From: a virus
Lineage: Duplodnaviria > Heunggongvirae > Uroviricota > Caudoviricetes
IMG/VR virus record: IMGVR_UViG_3300010368_000011
Coordinates: 64,001 to 79,174 of that record
Reading direction: 5' to 3' (one strand)
DNA length: 15,174 bases
Shown here: positions 1 through 7,025 of the stretch, piece by piece
Numbering within the stretch: the stretch's first letter is position 1
How the letters are laid out: the number at the start of each line of letters is the position of its first letter
Notes under the pieces: generated by a model
Seen by the model: the letters and a program-made list of their open reading frames with translations, nothing else
Told to the model about the DNA's origin: nothing
Databases searched by the model: none
Translations under genes and position numbers: made by a program

Positions 1-41
1 ACCATTCGTTTAACTTGATCACACGTTTCTCTAATAGTCAT
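1..41 (-). CDS. 5' end of a hypothetical protein running off the window (MTIRETCDQVKRM...)
   Basis: ATG at 41-39 overlaps the TGA (40-38) of the upstream lipoprotein gene in an ATGA junction; only 13 full codons are visible. Confidence 0.4.
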   Translation of the reverse strand, partial: MTIRETCDQVKRM

Positions 42-223
42 TCTGTTTCTTCTTCTGGTGGACAATGTATTTCGGAATTTCTTTCGGGATCATCACACAT
101 ATCAGTGTAACCCCATGGTGCACCAATGGGTGTCGAACCCTGTGGCATAAGCCCATCGGTAGCATCATCAGTTGCACATCCTAATAGAAATAGTGTCATC
201 AAAACTGTTGTAATAAACTTCAT
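38..223 (-). CDS. small lipoprotein (61 aa)
   Basis: MK + hydrophobic stretch + lipobox LLGC; AGGAG Shine-Dalgarno (plus-strand ctcct 230-234); acidic, Pro-rich mature part. Confidence 0.72.
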   Translation of the reverse strand: MKFITTVLMTLFLLGCATDDATDGLMPQGSTPIGAPWGYTDMCDDPERNSEIHCPPEEETE

Positions 224-240
224 GATCTGCTCCTACGACA

Positions 241-248
241 TATTTATT
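241..248 (-). promoter_or_regulatory. T4-like late promoter variant AATAAATA for the lipoprotein gene
   Basis: Reverse complement of tatttatt 241-248, back-to-back with the plus-strand TATAAATA at 257-264; the region is AT-rich, so chance is possible. Confidence 0.4.
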
Positions 249-256
249 ATATTTCC

Positions 257-264
257 TATAAATA
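257..264 (+). promoter_or_regulatory. T4-like late promoter TATAAATA
   Basis: Exact T4 gp55 consensus, 5 nt upstream of ATG 270. Confidence 0.75.
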
Positions 265-269
265 GGTGT

Positions 270-794
270 ATGTCAAAGGTATTTGAAACATTGGATATAG
301 CTGATCCAGAAAAAGTATATGATTGGAGCTACACGGTAGATGGCAAAGAAGTCACCACTGTGCCGGGCGAAGAACTCATGCCTTCAGCACCAGATGGTGA
401 TCGTGATGGTCAATTGGTTGTTGATGATACAACTGAAGATGCTCTTATTACCAGTGGTCATGTTCAGACAGAAGATATTATATCTCATACTCTATCTATT
501 GCTAAACACATTTCCGAATTGGCTCGTGATTACGAACCAAGATCACAAGCACGGATGTATGAAGTTGGTGGCCAATATTATAAAGCCGCCCTTGATGCGA
601 TTAAATTGAAACAAGAAGTCGCTCATAAAACCAAACAACACAATTTCGATAAGGCTAAAACCGGTGCACCGATCACAGCCAATATCCAAAATAATTCGTT
701 TTATGGCTCTCGGGAAGAACTTCTTGAAATGCTAAGAAACCGTAAAGAAAACCCCGTTATCGACATAGAGGCAGAAGATGAAAACGATTCATGA
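270..794 (+). CDS. terS: probable terminase small subunit (T4 gp16-like), 174 aa
   Basis: Motifs ARMYEVGGQYYK and NNSFYGSREELLEML resemble the gp16-like proteins of T4-like phages (RAYEVAGQLIK ... NNALFVGSTxELxKLL). Start moved from 126 to ATG 270 because of the late promoter. Confidence 0.68.
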   Translation: MSKVFETLDIADPEKVYDWSYTVDGKEVTTVPGEELMPSAPDGDRDGQLVVDDTTEDALITSGHVQTEDIISHTLSIAKHISELARDYEPRSQARMYEVGGQYYKAALDAIKLKQEVAHKTKQHNFDKAKTGAPITANIQNNSFYGSREELLEMLRNRKENPVIDIEAEDENDS

Positions 795-1833
795 ATATTT
801 CGCGTTAACAGAAGACGAGTACACTGTTACTATTCTTTCTTATTACGATATCAACAAAGAAGACTATCTGAATCTCATTCAGATTGCTCTACAAAAATAT
901 GATCTTCGTGAATACGAAATTCAGCCCGCACAGCCGTTTTCTACGAATCCGGTCCAGTTCCCTACATTATCGTTCGGAACGCTCTACAAGCACGTGGCGA
1001 CGATTGGTAACCTACCTCGTGGCATGTACGAGCAACTGAAGATGGAAATTTCACAAACCACCAGAATTCCTCTTCAATATTTCTTTTTATCTGAAGATGG
1101 CGAGATTGCCCAATGCAAAACCGGTAAAGCCGATGATGAAGCTTTGTTGACTCAGGCTATGGGCACAAGTCCACGTGATTTTCCTGAAGATGATCTATCT
1201 GTTCAGAAACTGGTTGGACAGCAGAGCGTTGAAGAAGTGCTGAAGAATATGGATGATCGTAAGAAAGCCCGTGAAGAAGAAAGCCGTGCTGTAACCGAGT
1301 CCATCAAATACAAAACATCTCATACGGTTCTATCAGCACATACCGGTAAACCACTCAAGCGTGGCATCTATGAATTCTCTGTTGTTGATGGTGATCTACA
1401 GATTGGTGCTTGTAAAAATGATTTATCAGAAGGTGTATATGTCAAAGACGTAGAACAGCTTCTTGAAACCTTGAAGCCGGTTGTGCCGACATTCGCTCAA
1501 AAATATAAACTCGAAAAGTATTTGAAAGAAGACACTTTCGTTAATTCAGATATCCGTGAACATATAAATCACATGATCGCCTTGTTTGAACAAAAGAACA
1601 ATATTGTTCTTAAGCAAAAAGATGGCTTTTCTAATCATACAATGTCGGCATCGACGATTGATTGTGCTCTAGATGAAAATGGTGTTGGTCATGTTTGTGT
1701 CGAAGATGATGAAGTTCAAGTCAAAGTAATTCAAGAAATCGGCACAGAACTCAATTGGGATAATGTTATGATCAGTCGTGGTCATTCAAACGAGGGACTA
1801 TGCATCAAGTTTGAGTGGCAAGGCGATATCTAA
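778..1833 (+). CDS. hypothetical protein (351 aa), candidate internal head protein
   Basis: Long ORF with GAGG SD, overlapping the terS end. N-terminus MKTIHEYFALTE resembles the T4 internal-protein capsid-targeting sequence (MKTYQEFIAE) and has an L-x-E protease site. No recognisable catalytic motif. Confidence 0.8.
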   Translation: MKTIHEYFALTEDEYTVTILSYYDINKEDYLNLIQIALQKYDLREYEIQPAQPFSTNPVQFPTLSFGTLYKHVATIGNLPRGMYEQLKMEISQTTRIPLQYFFLSEDGEIAQCKTGKADDEALLTQAMGTSPRDFPEDDLSVQKLVGQQSVEEVLKNMDDRKKAREEESRAVTESIKYKTSHTVLSAHTGKPLKRGIYEFSVVDGDLQIGACKNDLSEGVYVKDVEQLLETLKPVVPTFAQKYKLEKYLKEDTFVNSDIREHINHMIALFEQKNNIVLKQKDGFSNHTMSASTIDCALDENGVGHVCVEDDEVQVKVIQEIGTELNWDNVMISRGHSNEGLCIKFEWQGDI

Positions 1834-2429
1834 TGCTGAATTCAAAAACCTTGAATTCAATATTACTGGAAGATACATCATTACCACCTAGAACCGGTAT
1901 TGTTATGATGCTGGTTGAATGTCCTGAAGCTATCAAGTTTGTAAAGCTCATTGAGGATGATGAACTGTTTCATGACAATGGAACCCCTATTGAATACTGG
2001 CATCACATCACTATCAGGTATGGCATCAACGAGTTTGATCCAAAAGGGCTACAAGATGCTCTGAAGGATCATGATGTTATTAGTACTGGTCAGCCTGCTA
2101 TTAGTGAAGTTGGATATTTTGAGAATGTTCAACAGGGTGTATGTGACTGTGTGTATTTGAAGATCAATGATGAAGATACTGCTAAGCTTGAAGAACTCAA
2201 AGATGTGGTTGAGAATGTGGTTGATTGTCAGAAGAGTCAGTTTGATGAATACAAAGCCCACATAACTCTTGCCTATGTGCAGAAGGGTATGGGTAAAGAA
2301 TTAGCAGCTCGATTGAATTCACAATTTGATTCTCTTGGTATTGATCAATTCATATTGAATGGTACATCGTTGTTTTATTCTGATGGTGATCGTAAAGAAG
2401 CAACCATTTATCTTGGATCACGTGTGTAG
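1833..2429 (+). CDS. 2H phosphoesterase (LigT/Acb1-like superfamily), 198 aa
   Basis: Two HxT motifs (HITIRYG and FDEYKAHITLAY) 85 aa apart; the second resembles T4 Acb1/gp57B FDDYTPHITLSY. ATG 1833 is coupled to the upstream stop (TAATG). Confidence 0.85.
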   Translation: MLNSKTLNSILLEDTSLPPRTGIVMMLVECPEAIKFVKLIEDDELFHDNGTPIEYWHHITIRYGINEFDPKGLQDALKDHDVISTGQPAISEVGYFENVQQGVCDCVYLKINDEDTAKLEELKDVVENVVDCQKSQFDEYKAHITLAYVQKGMGKELAARLNSQFDSLGIDQFILNGTSLFYSDGDRKEATIYLGSRV

Positions 2430-2439
2430 ATAGTTACAG

Positions 2440-2958
2440 CTAATCCATATTGGATACTGCTTCTTTTAAGAATGCCTTGAACTCATCATCATTTTTGTTA
2501 CCTTTTGCTAAATTGAAGGGAACACATATGAATTGAACATTTCCCTTGATGTATCCCTCTGATGAATCTATTCTATCTAATGATGCTGTTTTGAAATCTG
2601 GTTTATTGTTATATTTTTTGATCATCATTGACAAGCCGGTGTATGCACATTTGCCTTCTTGGTTGTTCCAAATCATATTTAAATATTCTTCATCGATATC
2701 AAATACATGTCGCCTTCCCTTAGCCTTATTCAAATAATATGAAAAATCCCCCTTCTTGTTAAAGGTGTTACCCCATTGTGGTAACGGCGGGGTTCTATTA
2801 GATATCATACTATTATTATGGGTCGTTGCGCATGATAATGTGCAGAAGAAATTAGCATCTTCTCCTCTTATCTTCTTTTGCCGGGTGTGTTCCCTTTTAT
2901 CTTTTAAAAACAACGCGTTGCAATACTTGCATAAAATTTCTATTTTTTCTCTTGACAT
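2440..2958 (-). CDS. HNH-family (beta-beta-alpha-Me) putative homing endonuclease with N-terminal Zn finger
   Basis: CKYC...FCTLSC Zn motif; C-terminal QEGKCAYTG...SLDRIDSSEGYIKGNVQFICVPFNLAK signature typical of phage HNH-like endonucleases. Confidence 0.8.
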   Translation of the reverse strand: MSREKIEILCKYCNALFLKDKREHTRQKKIRGEDANFFCTLSCATTHNNSMISNRTPPLPQWGNTFNKKGDFSYYLNKAKGRRHVFDIDEEYLNMIWNNQEGKCAYTGLSMMIKKYNNKPDFKTASLDRIDSSEGYIKGNVQFICVPFNLAKGNKNDDEFKAFLKEAVSNMD

Positions 2959-2980
2959 TGAATGTTATAATCCTTATAAG
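2952..2980 (+). promoter_or_regulatory. sigma70-type promoter of the tmRNA gene
   Basis: TTGACA (2952-2957) - 17 nt - TATAAG (2975-2980), predicting a start near 2987, just ahead of the acceptor piece. Confidence 0.72.
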
Positions 2981-2986
2981 TATACA

Positions 2987-3264
2987 TGTAATTTATGACT
3001 CAGACTGAAAGACGTACAGGACGCGGCTTCGAAGCCGCCGCCTCCACCATTATACCGCTCGCCTCCACGTTATTTAGGGGCGAAATCATATGGGGGCGAA
3101 ATGGGATCGACTGGCGTTGTATAGGGAAGACGAGATTGCCGGGTGAAGCCCGTTATAGGTTCAATAATAGTAAATGCAGCATCTAACGATAATGCACCTT
3201 CTGAAGTCCGCATCGCGGCTTAATCAGATTGGGGTCTGACAACCCTCGAAACAGAAAACACCCC
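2987..3264 (+). ncRNA. ssrA: circularly permuted (two-piece) tmRNA gene
   Basis: The 3' tRNA-like half (T-arm GCGGC-TTCGAA-GCCGC, CGCCTCC-A-CCA ending at 3049) precedes the 5' half (GGGGGCGAAATGGGATCGAC from 3092). 7-bp acceptor stem with G3:U70 alanine identity and discriminator A. PK1-like pseudoknot CGGG/CCCG + UGAA/UUCA at 3140-3163; tag frame 3176-3223. Outer ends are approximate. Confidence 0.93.
3176..3223 (+). other. tmRNA tag reading frame, (A)AASNDNAPSEVRIAA*
   Basis: Resume-like context ATAGTAAAT-GCA; NDN and a terminal AA* as in alphaproteobacterial tags. The exact resume codon (3176 vs 3179) is inferred. Confidence 0.8.
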
Positions 3265-3286
3265 TTGCCGAAAGGCTTGGGGTGTT
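3257..3286. terminator. intrinsic terminator hairpin between the convergent tmRNA and repeat-nuclease genes
   Basis: AACACCCC-TT-GCC-GAAA-GGC-TT-GGGGTGTT; the minus-strand read is followed by UUUUCUGUUUC, the plus-strand read by a weaker U tract. Confidence 0.72.
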
Positions 3287-3293
3287 GTCATAT

Positions 3294-5072
3294 TTATTTG
3301 CTTAGCATTTGTTTTGCTATTGATACTTGTGTATCTGTTAAAATCCTAAATTCAGTAAAACCTTGACCTGTAAATGGTTGTTCCATCTTATCACCCATTT
3401 GTAAGATAGCTTTTTCGGTTTTGGTCGGTTTCCTTTGTATTGAGGCATAATATTCATTGTTATCTATTTCGAGGTTGTTTGAACGGCAAACTTCATCTAT
3501 TCTATTAACTACCCGCTTCATATTACTGGTTACTCCGATTTTCCATACATTCTTAAATCCCTTTACTTTCCAAATATATGTAACTCTCGCATATCGACTT
3601 TTAGGCATATGTGCCGTGGCTTCTATGTATAATCCCCTTTTAGACAAGTATGAATACGCACCGCCTTGCTCTTTTTTGAATGTCAAGTGACAATCATACT
3701 CTTTGGCTAACTTGACAGCATCGTCTTCATTCCACATTACTTTCAATGGAATCATATGCTCGGTTATCTGTAGCATCAAATTGTGTCTTCTGGCATAAGA
3801 AAGCGCGCTCCCTTCTTCTCTTTCAAAATCGACCAAGTATTTGAATGGTTTTGACGCAGCAATGCATGTTTCGTGCGTCCACTGAGTACGTTTACCTTTC
3901 ATATGTATACAGACATCATCTAACATTCCCCGATCAACACATGCATGATACGCGGTTGGTTCCGCAATTTTGAAATCTCTGCGTTTATTATAACTCTTGG
4001 CAATCTCATATAAATCATCATTTGATAAATATTTACGCTTATCAAGACATTGTGTCAAATCATCAAGTAAATCGTTCTTTTTTAACCATTGATATAATCC
4101 AGAATTGTCTTCTCGCAGTTCTTTACACGAACTGTATTGTTTTATTACTTCTATTGCTTCTTCTTTTGTCCATGGTGTTGATCGTTGGTTACTCGGCCAA
4201 TGTGCAGTCAATTCATAAAACACTCCCATTTCCCTAGCTGCTTGATATGCTGCGAGTGATCCTTTTTTGAAATCGGCTCTTGAATCGTATTTTGAAATTT
4301 CGTCCTTGATGTTTTCTATAAACCATTTTCTTCTACCACAAACCATATGCGAACAAATGTCATCCCATATTCCACGGTTTTTTGCTGACCAATATGCTCC
4401 ACTGTGGTTTTTTAAAAACTCAGCACGAGTGGTATATTTTAATGCGAGTTGGCGCAGTTGTTTGTTTTTCCATCTTTTCGGTATAGGCATATGACTGCAA
4501 ATGTCTTCAAGTATACCTAATTGTTTAGCAGCATGAATGGCTCCGCCGTATTCTTTCTGGAACTCAGTACGCGTTTTACAAGCTTTGGCCGCTTTTGTGA
4601 TACTATCTATATCCCAATTATTCATCAATACGATCATATGGGCGCATACTTCATCCAGAATGCCGGTTTTTCTTGCCGCATGGTATGCACCCGCTGAACC
4701 AACACTAAAAGTATGTCGGGTATTGTATTTTAATGCTTCTTTAATTATTTTTTCTTGCGTCCAACCCCGACTAACCATGTGGGCACAGGCTTTATTCAAA
4801 ATATCCATTTTCTTGGCGGCGACATATGCGGCATTATCGTTCGCTTTGAAACTCTTTCGCGATTTATGTTTTGAAGATATAGTGAGCACTTCGGTTTCTG
4901 ACCAAATTTTAGCTGTACTGGGTCTGGTCATATGTTGACTAATGACATCCATAATGCTTAATTTTAGTGCCATTCTGTAAGCAGCAGCAGAATTTCTTTT
5001 AAATTCTGATTTCGATTTATATTTCAATGCTTCTTGAGCGCAGAGTTCAGGTGTCCATAAAAAACGCGCCAT
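3294..5072 (-). CDS. repeat-array endonuclease: ten 43-aa helical repeats + C-terminal T5orf172/GIY-YIG-like nuclease domain (592 aa)
   Basis: Repeats W-T-x-E...EALKY-x-TR-x-EF...GAY-xx-A...GILD-x-IC-x-HM at aa 6-489; aa 497-592 carry YIWKV...WKIGVT...R...E..IL...GFTEF, typical of T5orf172-type domains. Confidence 0.8.
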   Translation of the reverse strand: MARFLWTPELCAQEALKYKSKSEFKRNSAAAYRMALKLSIMDVISQHMTRPSTAKIWSETEVLTISSKHKSRKSFKANDNAAYVAAKKMDILNKACAHMVSRGWTQEKIIKEALKYNTRHTFSVGSAGAYHAARKTGILDEVCAHMIVLMNNWDIDSITKAAKACKTRTEFQKEYGGAIHAAKQLGILEDICSHMPIPKRWKNKQLRQLALKYTTRAEFLKNHSGAYWSAKNRGIWDDICSHMVCGRRKWFIENIKDEISKYDSRADFKKGSLAAYQAAREMGVFYELTAHWPSNQRSTPWTKEEAIEVIKQYSSCKELREDNSGLYQWLKKNDLLDDLTQCLDKRKYLSNDDLYEIAKSYNKRRDFKIAEPTAYHACVDRGMLDDVCIHMKGKRTQWTHETCIAASKPFKYLVDFEREEGSALSYARRHNLMLQITEHMIPLKVMWNEDDAVKLAKEYDCHLTFKKEQGGAYSYLSKRGLYIEATAHMPKSRYARVTYIWKVKGFKNVWKIGVTSNMKRVVNRIDEVCRSNNLEIDNNEYYASIQRKPTKTEKAILQMGDKMEQPFTGQGFTEFRILTDTQVSIAKQMLSK

Positions 5073-5655
5073 ATCACTTATCCTTTTTCTTCATATGAGA
5101 ACACACAGTATCGAGAACCCCATCTCGTCTAGCATAATTATATGCACGGCCAGCATTAAGCTTGAACTGATGACGTGTTGCATATTTCGCCGCTTCTTGA
5201 GCAATCAATTCAGGCGTCCATCGGTGTTGTACCTTCGTCATATGCGAACACACATCATCAAGAATTCCGGTTTTTAGCGCATATTGATATGCACCGGAAT
5301 TTCCGAGTTGAAATTGGTATCTGGTTTTATATTTCAGTGCTTCTTGAGCAACCGTCTCTGGTGTCCATCTGAATTGTTCTTTCATATGTGAACACACTTC
5401 ATCAAGACCATCATGTCTTAATGCATAATTATATGCACCTTTGGCCTCTTGAATAAACTCGGTTCTAGTTTTGTATTTCAATGCTTCTTTCTTACACTTG
5501 TCGTGGTTCCAGATGCTTCGTCCGCTCATATGTGAACAGATATCATCAAGAATCTCATTACGCCGTGCCCAATCATATGCACGGTTGCTGTTAATTCTAA
5601 AATCATTACGCGTTTCATGTTTCAGTGCTTCCTTGGCACACAAAGCGTGTGTCCA
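3606..5655 (-). repeat. 14 copies of a 43-aa protein repeat across two adjacent ORFs (10 + 4)
   Basis: Manual alignment: every core is exactly 43 aa (W...HM) with no indels, joined by 4-8 aa linkers that are often basic. Confidence 0.92.
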
Positions 5656-5670
5656 TTTAATACGAGCCAT
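5074..5670 (-). CDS. repeat-only protein: four 43-aa repeats, no catalytic domain (198 aa)
   Basis: AGGAG SD; MARIK-W start paralleling MARFL-W of the downstream gene; ends KKKDK-TGA, 1 nt before the next ATG. Confidence 0.85.
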   Translation of the reverse strand: MARIKWTHALCAKEALKHETRNDFRINSNRAYDWARRNEILDDICSHMSGRSIWNHDKCKKEALKYKTRTEFIQEAKGAYNYALRHDGLDEVCSHMKEQFRWTPETVAQEALKYKTRYQFQLGNSGAYQYALKTGILDDVCSHMTKVQHRWTPELIAQEAAKYATRHQFKLNAGRAYNYARRDGVLDTVCSHMKKKDK

Positions 5671-5756
5671 TGGCTTTCTCCTGTATCGCTAAAAATACCA
5701 TATGACATAAATTCGCTTATGAAAGGCAGCGGTTTGTATGAAGTGGATTCATCTGT

Positions 5757-5764
5757 CATAAATA
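5757..5764 (+). promoter_or_regulatory. late promoter variant CATAAATA
   Basis: 7/8 match to TATAAATA, 5 nt before ATG 5770, the same geometry as at 257, 7809 and 10883. Confidence 0.65.
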
Positions 5765-5769
5765 TCGTT

Positions 5770-6228
5770 ATGAAAATTGTAGATTTATATGAAAATCGGT
5801 TATTTTGGGATTTAGCAGGCGGCTGGATTACAGACGGTGGTGAATGGTTGCCAGTTGATCACGATGTGGATCGTCATCATTCACACGTGGCGTTGAAATA
5901 TTTTGAAGATGTAATCAAAGATACGGATGAATATTATCAAGAACACGGTGAGTTCGATAAATATTCTGAAATATATGCTGAACAATTAGCACAAGAAGCC
6001 GGATGGATTCGAGTATCAACAAAAACATTAGCATTGATTTTTGATATAACGGTTTACAAGATGGACGTTACCGCCGCATCCTACCGGACGTTATTATCAT
6101 TAATTAAACAATATGCTCGTAACAAATATTCGTTTGGAATGGAAACGCCTGACCCTAATGCTTATAATAGTGGTTTAACTGCTAACAGAATGATACAAGC
6201 TTTCAATAAACAAATTACAATACGATGA
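5770..6228 (+). CDS. hypothetical protein (152 aa), candidate internal head protein
   Basis: MKIVDLYE N-terminus; GWI..G....H....GWIRV pattern; start moved from 5617 to ATG 5770. Confidence 0.8.
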   Translation: MKIVDLYENRLFWDLAGGWITDGGEWLPVDHDVDRHHSHVALKYFEDVIKDTDEYYQEHGEFDKYSEIYAEQLAQEAGWIRVSTKTLALIFDITVYKMDVTAASYRTLLSLIKQYARNKYSFGMETPDPNAYNSGLTANRMIQAFNKQITIR

Positions 6229-6237
6229 GAATTAATA

Positions 6238-6290
6238 TTGACATTTGATTCTATACCGTGTATGTTCTCTATAACGAATAGGGAGAGAAC
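6238..6290 (+). promoter_or_regulatory. early promoter cassette 1 with GGGAGAGAAC leader
   Basis: TTGACA 6238 - N17 ending CCGTG - TATGTT 6261; GGGAGAGAAC 6281-6290; ATG 6294. Confidence 0.78.
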
Positions 6291-6293
6291 ATC

Positions 6294-6701
6294 ATGAGTA
6301 CCGGTTTAAAAGAGTTCAACGGGTTTCTTGGTGGGCTGCTGGGCCATAAAACCTATATCATTCATATGTATGAGAATCGTGAAGAGGCGCTGGAAATAAC
6401 TGTTGGTCACTTGCTTGACGAGTTACGCGCCCGTGATCCTGATTATGATAATCCAGTAGCAGTATCGATACAAAATTCAACCGTTCCACATGTTGCTCTT
6501 GATACTTACCGGAATAACCCGGAACTTCATACAGCTTCAGAAGTACGAATCAATCAACCTATGATGATCCAAACGTTGATTGAACAGGCGATGATTGATC
6601 ATGATTGTAATCCTTTGCCTAATATGATGAATGAACGTGATCGCCAACGTGATATCCGTGGTGCCATCGCATGGCTTGAAAGCAAACTGGAACAAGGATA
6701 A
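6294..6701 (+). CDS. hypothetical early protein (135 aa)
   Basis: First gene after promoter cassette 1, strong RBS; no family recognised. Confidence 0.8.
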   Translation: MSTGLKEFNGFLGGLLGHKTYIIHMYENREEALEITVGHLLDELRARDPDYDNPVAVSIQNSTVPHVALDTYRNNPELHTASEVRINQPMMIQTLIEQAMIDHDCNPLPNMMNERDRQRDIRGAIAWLESKLEQG

Positions 6702-6706
6702 TCATC

Positions 6707-7021
6707 ATGGTTGATGGAAAATATTTCGATCCATATACGAAGAAGCATTACCCTGCTGATTATTACATCATTGGTGGTGGTTGTGTTGACGGTTTTTCTA
6801 TAACCGAACACGAAGATGTTCCGTTCTTGTATTTCCGTACTGGTAACCGTGCGGGAATGAAGGAATGGCACGAGTTTCATAATTCGTGTGTACCAAGTGC
6901 GGAAGCATATGCGGCTTTCATCGAACACTGTGCCAAAACGGGCAAAACGGTTTATAACCTTTTCACTAATGAATACGTGACCGGCACACTGGACCAGCTT
7001 GATCCACCAATTGAGGATTAA
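6707..7021 (+). CDS. hypothetical early protein (104 aa)
   Basis: AAGGA SD, tight operon packing. Confidence 0.78.
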   Translation: MVDGKYFDPYTKKHYPADYYIIGGGCVDGFSITEHEDVPFLYFRTGNRAGMKEWHEFHNSCVPSAEAYAAFIEHCAKTGKTVYNLFTNEYVTGTLDQLDPPIED

Positions 7022-7025
7022 TATA

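Noticed and set aside
38-223. Lipoprotein as an o-spanin (Rz1-like)
   Set aside because: Pro-rich lipoprotein, but no i-spanin gene lies upstream of or around it on the same strand.
126-269. N-terminal extension of the 126..794 ORF
   Set aside because: It overlaps the minus-strand lipoprotein gene and spans the late promoter; ATG 270 fits the promoter geometry.
2995-3186. 63-aa ORF MTQTERR...
   Set aside because: A shadow frame over the tmRNA acceptor piece, spacer and coding piece; the RNA features explain the sequence.
3291-3298. Minus-strand AATAAATA that could fire antisense into ssrA
   Set aside because: It coincides with the stop codon of the nuclease gene in AT-rich DNA and is followed at once by a terminator; likely chance.
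3606-5655. CRISPR array or DNA-level tandem repeat
   Set aside because: The periodicity is at the protein level, with no identical DNA repeats separated by unique spacers. No CRISPR array is seen anywhere in the window.
3457-5692. Plus-strand ORFs opposite the repeat genes (3457, 4022, 4267, 4537, 5095, 5175, 5471)
   Set aside because: Antisense shadows with no SD or recognisable motifs; the minus strand carries the conserved repeats.
5701-5760. Inverted repeat TATGACA/TGTCATA with short inner hairpins in the divergent intergenic region
   Set aside because: Only 5-7 bp AT-rich stems that overlap each other and the late promoter; not distinguishable from chance.
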